Shown here one piece after another: positions 45,939-56,413 of a stretch of 64,000 nt of DNA. How positions within the stretch are numbered: the stretch's first letter is position 1; each line of letters begins with the position of its first letter. Below the pieces are notes generated by a model. It saw only the letters and a list, made by a program, of their open reading frames with translations. It had not been told where the DNA came from and ran no database searches. The stretch spans positions 2,220 through 66,219 of the forward strand of contig JAYFQH010000026.1 in the NCBI GenBank assembly GCA_034927265.1. The letters are read 5' to 3'. The stretch is from Paludibacter sp. Lineage in GTDB: Bacteria > Bacteroidota > Bacteroidia > Bacteroidales > Paludibacteraceae. The position numbers were made by a program, and so were the translations under genes.

Positions 45939-47726
45939 ATGAAAATCAGGTTATTTCTTTTTTTTGCGTTCATATGTAACGCTTTGTTCTCTCAAACTGT
46001 TTATTGGAACGAAAACACCCGGCTTATTCCGTGGCGTTTGCCCCTTGTGAACAACAGGTCGTCCGTCACTTACGAAGACATCAACGGCGACGGTAAACCC
46101 GATATCATCCGCACGACCATACTCGATGGGATACCTGTCATCTGGATTGATGACGACCAGGACATGAAGGAAGGCGATATGGAAGGCGACACAGACAACG
46201 ATTGTTTGCTTATCGACAGAAATAAAGATGGTGTTTTCGGCGGGCCGGAAGATCTTTCGGTCGACTGGCTTGATACGGATGGCGACGGCATAGCAGATAT
46301 TCAGCTCGTGATCAGCAACGGAAGCCTCGACGCTCGTTATGGCTATGATTTCACGTCCGATTATATGTGTGTGATTGATACGGAAAAAGATGATATCAAA
46401 AACTTTGTCGACTGGAATCAGTTAGTCCTGCGTTGCTGGGAACATAACGGACATTCCAATTTTTTTCAGGATTATCATGGAAATACCTTGTTTTTGAAAA
46501 TGCACGCTTCCAGTTTCCGCATCAATGATACACGGTACAACTGGGAAAATCCTTTTATTTTCTACGACCACGATCAGGATCAGTTATCGGAGATGGCCAT
46601 CCGTATGCTTGATATTCCATATTTCAGGCCTAAGCCCGGTAAAAAACCGGACGAACGTTTTAAAAACGTAAACGAAAATATCGATGTTATTTACAGCCAG
46701 CGGATCAGTTGGGTAAGCATTGCATGGGATATGGACAACGACAACGGACAGGGAAACGAATTCGATCTGGATATGACCTTGCATTTCAGAGGAAAAGGAT
46801 TCGACTATTCCGATCAAATACATGCTTTTAAAAATCTCCGGGGACTTCCGGAAGCTGATAGGTTCCTTTACGATCCGCGTTGGCGACAAATGAACGAATT
46901 GATTTATCCTGATGAAAAAGTATCGTACGATATGACTTTTCAAAAGGGAGAATGGGATTATTGCTGGTTTACATTTGATGAGGACGATGACTGTAACCGC
47001 TGGGAACGTGTGGAATTGTACCAGCCTCTGAATCTGTTCAAAGCTGGCAGCCGGAATAACGGATTAGATAACAACCAACAGGCCGATGCCGTGGGGGATC
47101 GGGGTGAGTTTGATAGCGACAATTCAGGCAAAGGAAAACTTTATTTCTCGCCTTTCGACGGCCGGATACACCTCTACGGCGCTGAATGGGGAGCCTGGAG
47201 AATAGATCAGAATGCTGCTTATTTTCAGGGTTACGGCGGCTTATATCCTCCGATGAAAGTCAAAGAAAGACTATATGCCAGCCCTGATTCATGGGCTACG
47301 ATCAAATACGAAGATACCGATAACAACGGGTTCTTCGACCTGATACGTTACGATTTAGATGGAGACACGATTTTTGAAGAAACCGTTTCACTCATCGAAC
47401 TGGGCATCGACGATCAAGCTCCTTTGTATGATCCGGCAAACATGAATTACAACGATTTTACAAAACTTTTTGATAAAGCTACGAAAGAAATACAACAACG
47501 GGCAATAGATGTACAGGCCGTAGCCAGGAAATACGGATTGAACACGTCCTGGTATGCTTTTTGGAAACAACCGCGTACAAAATTCGAACAATATTCCTAC
47601 GGTTACTGGCTGACATTTTATATCTACCGGGATTTGAGGCACATGGCGAATGTGAATAAGAACGAAGAATTAGTTCGGAAACTAGATGTTGCGTATTATT
47701 CGGGAAACTGGAAGACGTTGTATTAG
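45939..47726 (+). CDS. Secreted hypothetical protein with FG-GAP/DxDxDG-type calcium-binding motifs
   Basis: The ATG at 45939 gives the signal peptide MKIRLFLFFAFICNALFSQ; the six-frame start at 45867 reads through the repeat. Motifs DINGDGKPD, DTDNDCLLIDRNKDG, DTDGDGIAD and DTDNNGFFD are present. I recognised no catalytic family. Confidence 0.6.
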   Translation: MKIRLFLFFAFICNALFSQTVYWNENTRLIPWRLPLVNNRSSVTYEDINGDGKPDIIRTTILDGIPVIWIDDDQDMKEGDMEGDTDNDCLLIDRNKDGVFGGPEDLSVDWLDTDGDGIADIQLVISNGSLDARYGYDFTSDYMCVIDTEKDDIKNFVDWNQLVLRCWEHNGHSNFFQDYHGNTLFLKMHASSFRINDTRYNWENPFIFYDHDQDQLSEMAIRMLDIPYFRPKPGKKPDERFKNVNENIDVIYSQRISWVSIAWDMDNDNGQGNEFDLDMTLHFRGKGFDYSDQIHAFKNLRGLPEADRFLYDPRWRQMNELIYPDEKVSYDMTFQKGEWDYCWFTFDEDDDCNRWERVELYQPLNLFKAGSRNNGLDNNQQADAVGDRGEFDSDNSGKGKLYFSPFDGRIHLYGAEWGAWRIDQNAAYFQGYGGLYPPMKVKERLYASPDSWATIKYEDTDNNGFFDLIRYDLDGDTIFEETVSLIELGIDDQAPLYDPANMNYNDFTKLFDKATKEIQQRAIDVQAVARKYGLNTSWYAFWKQPRTKFEQYSYGYWLTFYIYRDLRHMANVNKNEELVRKLDVAYYSGNWKTLY

Positions 47727-47807
47727 GAATCTTTTTTCCGTTTTTTCGACTTTATGAAGAATTAAACTACAAGTAGAATTGTATTTTAATTTTAAAATAC
47801 ATTTTTG

Positions 47808-47815
47808 TATATTTG
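47808..47815 (+). promoter_or_regulatory. Candidate -7 box TATATTTG
   Basis: TAnnTTTG match 26 nt upstream of the ATG at 47841. Confidence 0.4.
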
Positions 47816-47840
47816 AAAGTTCTAAAATTAAATATCTCTC

Positions 47841-48203
47841 ATGAAAAAGTTTTTAAATTATTTACCGGCCTTAGTGCTGATTGCGGTATTGTTTTCTTCC
47901 TGTCTGCCGGAAGAGAATTTCGATGAAGCATTGCTGATAGGCAAATGGCAATCAGGAACTTTATTTTATCGTTATGATACGGGTGGTACCGGTGTGAGTT
48001 GGGATACTTCTGATGATATTACTGAAGCGGAAGCACAAGCATTTACCTGGACGTTGGTAAAGGCAGAACTTACTCATATTCATGTGATTGAAATGATTGG
48101 AAATGTGCCAAAAGTTTATACCGTAACTAAACTGACAGAAACTATACTTGAATATAAAGATGACTTTGACAATCAATTCTCGTTTACAAAAGTCGTTCAG
48201 TAA
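47841..48203 (+). CDS. Small lipocalin-like lipoprotein
   Basis: Lipobox LFSSC, 120 aa, with GKWQSG...TWTLV...YTVTKLTETILEY, a typical lipocalin-like pattern. Confidence 0.55.
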   Translation: MKKFLNYLPALVLIAVLFSSCLPEENFDEALLIGKWQSGTLFYRYDTGGTGVSWDTSDDITEAEAQAFTWTLVKAELTHIHVIEMIGNVPKVYTVTKLTETILEYKDDFDNQFSFTKVVQ

Positions 48204-48247
48204 CTGATTTTCTCTCTGCTCAATCAAATATATAATCTTCTGGTCCT

Positions 48248-51200
48248 ATGAAAGTATTAAAAACCAGTTTATTCGTATTGTTATCCCTGATTGCTGTTTT
48301 TGCAATAGCTGCAGGTATCCTTATATGGGTGGTTTTTACTCCTGAAAAACTTACTCCCATAGTAAAAAATGAATTGGCCAAAATGCTTACCTGCGAAGTG
48401 CAGGTTAATCAGGTGGAGCTGACTTTCTTCAGCACCTTCCCTGAGTTTGGATTGCAGATTGATAATTTTCTGTTGAAAAACCCGATGCCGGGTGCTCCAT
48501 CTGATACGCTGCTGAGTGCTGAAAAGATGGTGGCTTCAGTGGATATTGCTGCCTTGTGGAAAAATAATCAGGTGATAGTGCATGAGTTGCTTCTTGAAAA
48601 GCCGGATATCTCGGTTTATGTGGATAGTACGGGGCGTGCCAACTATAATATCATGCCTCCGACTCCCGAAGATACCACTGCTTTTGAACTGCCTTTCGAT
48701 TTGCTGCATCTGGATAAAATCAGACTCGAAAATGCCAATATGAGCTATAAGGATGATGGTATGAACATGTTACTGACATTGAACGATCTGAAAGCCAAAA
48801 TACAAATGAGCATGAAGGGAGATTTGGTGGAAGGAAATCTGACCGGTACATCAAAGGCATTTTCGTTTAACTGGGACAAAACCGATTATTTGAAAAACGT
48901 ACCACTGGAGGTAGAAACACCTTTTACCTTTGGTGTCAATGAACAGAAACTTCAGCTTGAAAAAGGAAGTCTGGCCCTGAATCAACTGGGTTTTAGGGTG
49001 GATGCCTTTATTCATAATAAACCGGAAGAAATTTATACGGATATCGCTTTTAATTCGGATGAACTGGAAATCAAACCGGTACTTGACTTGCTTTCATTGC
49101 CTTTCGGCGAATATCTTGAAGGGATTACCATGAATGGAAAAACTTTGGTCGATGGTACACTGAAAGGTACTATCAGCGATACGCAATTGCCGGTATTTAA
49201 TTTAAAACTCGGTTTCAAAGAAGGTGATTTTGCCTATGAAGGCTTGCCGTATAAACTTTTTGATATGTCAGGAAAGGCTGAAGTGGCAATGGACCTGAAT
49301 GATGACAAGCTCTGGTTTGTTAAGGTGGATGAGTTTGATGGCAAGACCGGAAAATCTCATCTGTTAGGGACAGCCTTTATCGATCAACTGATGGGTGATA
49401 TGCGCTTCGATATCAATGCGAATGGGAGTCTTAACCTGGAGGATGCCAAGCCCATGCTGCCTGAGGATATGCCGCTGGATATTCAGGGACTGGCTATTGG
49501 AAACGCCAGTATAAAATTCCTGTATTCACAGTTCGAGTTGAATCAGTTCGATAAAATGTCGATAGGAGGTAAGTTCAAGGTGAAGGATCTGGTGGCTGAT
49601 TATGATACCATCAGCATGCGTTCGAAGACTGCTGATTTGGCTTTCACCATGCCGAATATCAAAAACAAACAGACCTCTTTCATTGCAATGGATGTTGCTA
49701 CAGGGCATCTGGATGTATTGATGGGTAAAGATATAAGAGCCGGCTTACAGGGGCTTGATCTCCAGTTGTCGACATCCAATATGATGACTGATCTACCGCT
49801 TGCCATGAGCGGTACCTTCAACGGAAATGCAGTCTCGGCAAATATGGGGGAAATGTCTGCATTTATCAATCAACCGAAAGGCAATTTTACCATGGTAATG
49901 GATATGGTGGATTCAACAGCGATACCCGTTTTTGATGTTAATTTTGATGTCAAGCAACTTATTGCAGCAATGGACACTATTGCCGTGGATATCACGCAAC
50001 CATCGGGTGTGTTTATGTATCATCCTGATCCTCTCAATGTGAAACAACCGAAAATTCAGCTGGATTACCGAAGCGATCGTCTGGCTGCCCGAATGGGACA
50101 GAAAAAGATTGATACCAAAAAGATCAGCGTGAATGCGGATGTGGCCTATGACGGTACTCAAAAGAGTATGTTGCTGCAATGGATTCCCAAAGGTTATGTG
50201 AAGATGGAGGAAGGTCATATTAATATGCCTGACCTGACTTCTGAGATTCAAATTCCTGCTATCGATTTTGATTTTACACCTGATGAGTACCTGATACGTG
50301 ACAGTCGCGTAATCATTGATCGTTCTGATTTTCAACTGACTGGAAAACTTACTAACGTAAATGCCTATCTGAAAGATGAAGGTTTGCTGAAAGGTGATTT
50401 CAACTTCCGTTCACATACCACCGACGTGAATCAGTTGATGAATCTCACCAGCGGTGTCGGTTATGAAGCTGAGCCAAAGGATACGACCTCTTTGCAAACT
50501 TCATCAGGACCTTATATGGTTCCGAAAGGAATGGATATTAATTTGTATGCAAGTATTAATCAGGCGCTTTTTGCTAATGATACAGCCAGAAATGTTCAGG
50601 GGAATATCACGGTCAAAGATGGGGTACTTGTGTTGGAAAGTATGCTGTTTACTACCTCAGCGGCTAAAATGCAGCTTACTGGCATGTATCGTACACCACG
50701 TAAAAATCATTTATTTATGGGCATTGACCTGCACCTGCTCGAAATTGAAATTGCCGAACTGCTTGACCTGATTCCAGACGTGGATTCCATCATGCCGATG
50801 CTGAAATCTTTCGGAGGAAAAGGGGAATTCCATATTGCTGCCGAGACTTACCTGGATTCACTTTATAATCTGAAGAAATCGACGCTAAGGGGAGCTGCTT
50901 CCGTGAAGGGACAGAATCTTGTGCTGATGGACGGTCAGACATTCTCTGAGATAGCAAAAACTTTACGCTTCAATAAGAAAACTGAAAATAAAGTGGATAG
51001 CCTGTCGGCCGAATTTACCATCTTCCGTAATGAAGTGGATGTGTATCCTTTCCTGATTGTGATGGATAAATACAAAGCAGTAGTAGAGGGAAAACACAAC
51101 CTTGATATGACTTTCGATTATCATATTTCGCTTACTGATAGTCCTTTGCCAATTCAATTGGGAGTGGATGTCAAAGGGAGTCTGGATGACATGAAGATTC

Positions 51201-51325
51201 GTCCTGCCAAATGTAAGTATGCCAACATGTACCGTCCTGCACAACGTAATGAGGTAGACGTGAAAAAGCTTCAATTGAGAAAAATGATCCGAGATGCACT
51301 GACAGCCAAAGTGAAAGAAGAATAA
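48248..51325 (+). CDS. AsmA family protein
   Basis: 1025 aa with an N-terminal anchor (LFVLLSLIAVFAIAAGILIWVV) followed by an AsmA-type repetitive beta-rich body and conserved C-terminal region. Confidence 0.7.
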   Translation: MKVLKTSLFVLLSLIAVFAIAAGILIWVVFTPEKLTPIVKNELAKMLTCEVQVNQVELTFFSTFPEFGLQIDNFLLKNPMPGAPSDTLLSAEKMVASVDIAALWKNNQVIVHELLLEKPDISVYVDSTGRANYNIMPPTPEDTTAFELPFDLLHLDKIRLENANMSYKDDGMNMLLTLNDLKAKIQMSMKGDLVEGNLTGTSKAFSFNWDKTDYLKNVPLEVETPFTFGVNEQKLQLEKGSLALNQLGFRVDAFIHNKPEEIYTDIAFNSDELEIKPVLDLLSLPFGEYLEGITMNGKTLVDGTLKGTISDTQLPVFNLKLGFKEGDFAYEGLPYKLFDMSGKAEVAMDLNDDKLWFVKVDEFDGKTGKSHLLGTAFIDQLMGDMRFDINANGSLNLEDAKPMLPEDMPLDIQGLAIGNASIKFLYSQFELNQFDKMSIGGKFKVKDLVADYDTISMRSKTADLAFTMPNIKNKQTSFIAMDVATGHLDVLMGKDIRAGLQGLDLQLSTSNMMTDLPLAMSGTFNGNAVSANMGEMSAFINQPKGNFTMVMDMVDSTAIPVFDVNFDVKQLIAAMDTIAVDITQPSGVFMYHPDPLNVKQPKIQLDYRSDRLAARMGQKKIDTKKISVNADVAYDGTQKSMLLQWIPKGYVKMEEGHINMPDLTSEIQIPAIDFDFTPDEYLIRDSRVIIDRSDFQLTGKLTNVNAYLKDEGLLKGDFNFRSHTTDVNQLMNLTSGVGYEAEPKDTTSLQTSSGPYMVPKGMDINLYASINQALFANDTARNVQGNITVKDGVLVLESMLFTTSAAKMQLTGMYRTPRKNHLFMGIDLHLLEIEIAELLDLIPDVDSIMPMLKSFGGKGEFHIAAETYLDSLYNLKKSTLRGAASVKGQNLVLMDGQTFSEIAKTLRFNKKTENKVDSLSAEFTIFRNEVDVYPFLIVMDKYKAVVEGKHNLDMTFDYHISLTDSPLPIQLGVDVKGSLDDMKIRPAKCKYANMYRPAQRNEVDVKKLQLRKMIRDALTAKVKEE

Positions 51326-51329
51326 AATA

Positions 51330-52568
51330 TTATTCGTACCGGATGATCGTTGCCGGAAGTATCTTTGTAATGAGATATGAAGGTCCGATCATCATCAGGA
51401 CGGAAGCAAGTAGTGTCCCTGCGTTTAACAAGAGTATCAACGGCCAGTTGAACAATATGGGAACTGTGGAGATATAATAAGCTTCAGGATCCAAAGGAAT
51501 GATACCTGTAAAATACTGTATGGCACAGAGTATCAAACCCACTGCATTACCCCATATCATCCCTTTTCCAATGAGGAAAAACGAATGATAGAGGAAAATC
51601 TTCCGTACCGACCAGTTGGTAGCTCCTACCGATTTAAGAATACCGATCATATTAGTGCGCTCAAGAATCAGTATTAATAAGCCTGATATCATGTTGAAGC
51701 CTGCCACAGCCAGCATCAGGAAAAGAATGACCCAAACATTCATGTCGAGCAGGTCCAGCCACGAAAATATCTGAGGATTGATATCCTTTATGGTTTGCGT
51801 ATAGTAAGCACTTCCATCAGGTTGCAGTTTATTGGCTGTTTTAAAATATACTTCATTACCAATAGCATCAATATCGTCAAAATCATTGATCAGCACTTCA
51901 TAACCACTTACGAGCGAATCGCTCCATTGATTCAGATTTCTTACCTGCCTTATGTCGGTAAGTACAAATAATTTATCATATTCAACGAAGTTGGTGGAAT
52001 AGATGCCTGAGATAGTGAATTTTCTGGCTCTTATTTTATCCTGAATAAAATAGGTGAAAAAGCTGTCGCCGGTTTTCAGTTTAAATAAATTAGCCAAATG
52101 CTTTGATATTACGACATTATTTTGCAAACTGTCGTTTACATTCAGGGTATCGCCATCCACCATATTGGCTTTAAAGAAATTCCAGTCAAAACTGCGGTCG
52201 ATACCTTTGAGTACTATGCCCTGAAACTGGTCATTGGTTTTAATAATTCCTGGTTTGGTAGCAAAAGGCTGGATATGGCGAACTCCTTTAATCGAGGCAA
52301 TTTCATGTTTCAGACTGTCGTTAATCGAGATGGGGGCCATCTCGTAGGTGTTGTTGCTGTCGAAGTTGGTGATTTGAATGTGTCCACCAAATCCTATGGT
52401 TTTATTCCTGATTTCCTGTTTGAATCCCAGTACTATACTCAAAGCAATCAGCATCACAGCAAGGCCTATGGCTATTCCGAGGATGGCTATACGCACAGCA
52501 GGACGGGAAACATTTTTCCTGTCCTGCCTGAAGTGAATACGTTTTGCTATGAAATACTCAAGATTCAT
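51330..52568 (-). CDS. ABC transporter permease, FtsX/LolC-LolE family
   Basis: 412 aa starting MNLEYFIAKR..., with a large periplasmic loop between TM1 and TM2 and a C-terminal FtsX-like 3-TM bundle (ILKSVGATNWSVRKIF). Confidence 0.8.
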   Translation of the reverse strand: MNLEYFIAKRIHFRQDRKNVSRPAVRIAILGIAIGLAVMLIALSIVLGFKQEIRNKTIGFGGHIQITNFDSNNTYEMAPISINDSLKHEIASIKGVRHIQPFATKPGIIKTNDQFQGIVLKGIDRSFDWNFFKANMVDGDTLNVNDSLQNNVVISKHLANLFKLKTGDSFFTYFIQDKIRARKFTISGIYSTNFVEYDKLFVLTDIRQVRNLNQWSDSLVSGYEVLINDFDDIDAIGNEVYFKTANKLQPDGSAYYTQTIKDINPQIFSWLDLLDMNVWVILFLMLAVAGFNMISGLLILILERTNMIGILKSVGATNWSVRKIFLYHSFFLIGKGMIWGNAVGLILCAIQYFTGIIPLDPEAYYISTVPILFNWPLILLLNAGTLLASVLMMIGPSYLITKILPATIIRYE

Positions 52569-52582
52569 TGGTTTTCATAGAT

Positions 52583-53785
52583 TTATTTATACGTTGCTCC
52601 GGGATAAACCTCCAAAGCCTTTCTTAATACGATCAGGGCTTGTTTCAAATCCTCCTTGTCGAGCACATAGGCGATTCTGACCTCATCGCGTCCGATACCG
52701 GGAGTGGTATAGAAACCTGAAGCAGGAGCCATCATAACTGTCTGACCTTCGAAGTCGAAGTCTGAAAGTAACCATGCGCAGAACTTGTCGGCATCATCCA
52801 CCGGCAGACGGGCAACGGTATAAAATGCACCCATCGGGATAGGAGAGTAAACGCCCGGAATGCGGTTCAGTCCGTCGATCAGGTATTTACGGCGTTCCAC
52901 ATACTCGTTGTACATCTCCAGCATATAATCTTCAGGAGTATCGATGGATGCTTCTGCAGCAATCTGTCCGATAAGCGGCGGACTTAGACGTGCCTGACAG
53001 AATTTCATTACATTGCGCAATACATCTTTGTTTTTCGTAACCAGAGCACCCACACGGATACCGCACTCACTATATCTTTTTGAAACTGAATCAAACAGGA
53101 TAACATTGTCTTCAATACCATCAAGATGAAAAGCTGAGATATAAGGAGCGCCTGTATAGCAGAACTCACGGTATACTTCATCAGAAAACAGGTACAAGTC
53201 ATGTTTCTTAACAAGTTTTTTGATGCTGTTCATTTCCGCACGGGTATAGAGATAGCCGGTGGGGTTGTTCGGGTTACAGATCAGAATTCCTTTGGTGCGT
53301 GGAGTGATCAGTTCCTCAAATTTTTCAACGGGCGGAAGGGCGAAGCCGTCTTCAATACTGCAAAAAATAGGCTTGATGATAGCGCCGGCAGCAATGGCAA
53401 AAGCAGTATAGTTGGCATAAGCAGGTTCCGGCACGATGATTTCATCACCCGGATCCAGACAGCTCATGAAAGCAAAGTTTACTGCTTCGGAACCTCCTGT
53501 GGTAATGATGATGTTTTCTTCCGTTACGTCGATATTGAAACGGTGGTAATATCCCGCCAGTTTGGTGCGCAGACTCTTTATTCCGTCACTCGGGCTGTAT
53601 TCCAGTATCTTTCTGTCAATATTGCGTATCGCGTCAATCGCCACCTGTGGAGTTTTCAAATCGGGCTGACCGATGTTCAGGTGATACACTTTAACACCAC
53701 GGGCTTTGGCTTTATCAGCAAGTGGTACTAATTTACGGATGGGCGATTCGGGCATGGCATTGCCCCGTTGCGAAGTTTGTGGCAT
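52583..53785 (-). CDS. Pyridoxal-phosphate-dependent aminotransferase (class I, aspartate aminotransferase-like)
   Basis: NLGQPD-type N-terminus (LNIGQPDL), NPNNPTG, and the SVSKRYSECGIRVG lysine motif. Confidence 0.85.
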   Translation of the reverse strand: MPQTSQRGNAMPESPIRKLVPLADKAKARGVKVYHLNIGQPDLKTPQVAIDAIRNIDRKILEYSPSDGIKSLRTKLAGYYHRFNIDVTEENIIITTGGSEAVNFAFMSCLDPGDEIIVPEPAYANYTAFAIAAGAIIKPIFCSIEDGFALPPVEKFEELITPRTKGILICNPNNPTGYLYTRAEMNSIKKLVKKHDLYLFSDEVYREFCYTGAPYISAFHLDGIEDNVILFDSVSKRYSECGIRVGALVTKNKDVLRNVMKFCQARLSPPLIGQIAAEASIDTPEDYMLEMYNEYVERRKYLIDGLNRIPGVYSPIPMGAFYTVARLPVDDADKFCAWLLSDFDFEGQTVMMAPASGFYTTPGIGRDEVRIAYVLDKEDLKQALIVLRKALEVYPGATYK

Positions 53786-53818
53786 GGTTATTTTGTTTTG
53801 CGTGCAAAATTAGTGAAA

Positions 53819-56296
53819 TTATTTAAAATCCACGATTAATTTTACATTAAATTGTCGGCCGGTAAGATAATTGGGAACAGCCATTTGTTGTCCGTAAATA
53901 TCTGTCACCCAATAATATGAATTTACATTCTTGAAATCCATCAGATTAAATACCTCTAAATTGAGCCAAATACTTTGTACGTGTTTCAGCCACGATTTGT
54001 TTAAAAGAGCATCTTTTCCGCTGACCAAGACCCTTGAACCACCCAGATCGACACGTTTATATGCCGGAGCACGCATCGCACCACGGTATAGGTTATTTCT
54101 CGGCGGACCAAAAGGCATACCGTCGGAATAGATGAATTTAAGCTGCACTTTGTATTTGGGATTGTTGGGTAAATAGTCCTGGAACATCATGGAGAAAGCG
54201 TAGCGTTGTTCGTTGGGGCGCGAAACCCATCCCGGGCTGATAAGTTCGGTGGAAGTAACATTTCTGTTTTCGTCGTAAGTGTTTTTTATATAACTGTCAC
54301 CGATAATGTCTTCCTTTGAATTCATCAGCGAAAAATTGATCCAGGAATCGGTTCCCGGCACCAGTTCTCCGAAAAGCTTGAAGTCAACTCCTGCGGTGTA
54401 AGCTTTGGCGTTGTTAACACCTGAATAGGTGATCTGCACATTGTCGACGTCATAAGTGATAACACGGTCGGCCAGCTTGAGATAAGCTTCGGTGGTGAAT
54501 TTGAAAGGACGACCGAAAGCTCTGAAATAATGATCGCCTCCGAGTACAAACTGCATGGAGCGCTGTGCCCTGATATCTTTATTCAATGAGATATTTACAT
54601 TACTAAGTGCATCGGTAACTGTATCCCTGATTTCTTTGTAAAAGGGAGCCTGATAATACAAACCCGTGGCAAATCTGAAACTGAAGTCCTTTTTCCAGTT
54701 GGGTACATAAGCGATGGATGCCCGCGGACTGACAAACAATTCGTTGTTGAAATTCCAGAAGTTGGCGCGTACACCACCTGTCAGCGTGTAATTACCATGT
54801 GTATCTTTCCATTTATAAGTATCCTGTAAATAAGCTGTTGTACGCCACGTGTTGAGGGTGTTCGACGACTTGATGTTGTAATACAGGTTTACCGTTTGAT
54901 TGTTATACGGCAGGGAGTAACCCGCTGAATCGCGCCATTCCCATTCGCTGATATTGTCTTTAATGATTTCGTACTGAAAATTGGCTCCCCACTTCAGCTT
55001 GTGCGACAGAGCATTGAACTCTCCTGCGTGGGAAATATTGGCAACTGTTGCTCTGAGGATGTTGCGGGCATGTTCCTGATACTTGCCTATCCCCAGCGAT
55101 GCTCCTTTGCGGTTTTCCTCATTGAGTTCCATTTTAACTTCACTCAGGATATATTCTCCTAAAATATCATAATTTTCACTTTCATTAGTGTTGAAGGCGG
55201 AAGCAGAAAAACTCAGTTTTACATTCTGCTTTGGCTTATAGTGATAACCTAAGGCACCGAAAGCTGTTCTGAAAATATCCTTTTCCTGTCCTTCAAAGAA
55301 GATCTTCAGGTTACGTCCCATATTATAGGTTCCGAATGAAGTGGAACGGGTTTGCGGAATAAAGTTGAAAAGATTCTGTGAGAAATTTCCAAGGAAGGTC
55401 AATTCTGATTTTTCCGATAATTTGTAAGTAAAATATCCCTGATAATCAATGAAAGAGGGATTATATTCTCCTTGTGTATCTAATCCTCCAAGAAGATAAG
55501 CCGACGTTTTGTAACGTATGCCGTGAATCTGGGTAAATTTGTTTTTTGAGGTTCCGAGATAAGCAGTACCCCCCAGAAGACTTGCCGATACCGACGACTC
55601 AAATTCTGTAGGTTTCTTGTACTCAATGTCCAGTACCGACGACATCTTATCACCATATTCAGCATTAAAGGCACCGGAAGAAAATCCGACTTTTTGCACC
55701 ATGTCCTGATTGATGAAACTCAGACCTTCCTGCTGACCGGCACGTACCAGCAAGGGACGATAAACCTCAGTTCCGTTTACATAGACAATGTTCTCGTCAA
55801 AATTACCTCCGCGCACATTGTATTGTGAACTTAATTCATTATTGGAAGTCACGCCTGCAAATGTAATAAGAATAGATTCGAAATTTCCCGAAGCATTCGG
55901 TATCATTTTGTATTTCGACGGATCGATAAAGTCCATGGAAGATGTTTGTCGGCGTTGCGCCACAACGTTCAGGTCTTTCATCTGGGTATTTGTGGCGCGC
56001 AGTGCAACGGATATCTGAACCACAGGCTGTGTAGGATGGAGTGTATGCCGGATGGTTTCATAACCTACCATAGAGTATACGATGGTGATGGAGTCTTTTA
56101 CCTCTGTCATCAATTCATAATATCCGTTGGGATTGGTTGAAGTTCCTATCGGGGTTTTTTCAAAGTAGACGTTGGCCAGCTCTATGCCTCGATTGTTCGT
56201 GTCAATGACATAACCATACACCCTGAGTTTTGTTTGAGCGGCGACTGAAGAAACAAGTATCAACAGAGAAAGATAGATAAACGTTTTTTTGATCAT
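53819..56296 (-). CDS. TonB-dependent receptor with a carboxypeptidase-regulatory-like N-terminal domain
   Basis: The ATG at 56296 gives MIKKTFIYLSLLILVSSVAAQ. A CarboxypepD_reg pattern (LRVYGYVIDTNNRGIELANV), a plug and a long barrel ending in F follow. The six-frame start at 56305 is a TTG. Confidence 0.8.
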   Translation of the reverse strand: MIKKTFIYLSLLILVSSVAAQTKLRVYGYVIDTNNRGIELANVYFEKTPIGTSTNPNGYYELMTEVKDSITIVYSMVGYETIRHTLHPTQPVVQISVALRATNTQMKDLNVVAQRRQTSSMDFIDPSKYKMIPNASGNFESILITFAGVTSNNELSSQYNVRGGNFDENIVYVNGTEVYRPLLVRAGQQEGLSFINQDMVQKVGFSSGAFNAEYGDKMSSVLDIEYKKPTEFESSVSASLLGGTAYLGTSKNKFTQIHGIRYKTSAYLLGGLDTQGEYNPSFIDYQGYFTYKLSEKSELTFLGNFSQNLFNFIPQTRSTSFGTYNMGRNLKIFFEGQEKDIFRTAFGALGYHYKPKQNVKLSFSASAFNTNESENYDILGEYILSEVKMELNEENRKGASLGIGKYQEHARNILRATVANISHAGEFNALSHKLKWGANFQYEIIKDNISEWEWRDSAGYSLPYNNQTVNLYYNIKSSNTLNTWRTTAYLQDTYKWKDTHGNYTLTGGVRANFWNFNNELFVSPRASIAYVPNWKKDFSFRFATGLYYQAPFYKEIRDTVTDALSNVNISLNKDIRAQRSMQFVLGGDHYFRAFGRPFKFTTEAYLKLADRVITYDVDNVQITYSGVNNAKAYTAGVDFKLFGELVPGTDSWINFSLMNSKEDIIGDSYIKNTYDENRNVTSTELISPGWVSRPNEQRYAFSMMFQDYLPNNPKYKVQLKFIYSDGMPFGPPRNNLYRGAMRAPAYKRVDLGGSRVLVSGKDALLNKSWLKHVQSIWLNLEVFNLMDFKNVNSYYWVTDIYGQQMAVPNYLTGRQFNVKLIVDFK

Positions 56297-56413
56297 GCAG
56301 TACAATACTTATTTCCCGTGGTTAGATTTTTTAATTACGGCCCAAATTTACTAATTATTCTTCGAAGAATTTCTTTCGACTTTAGGAAAACGAAACAACT
56401 TAAGAATTATTAT

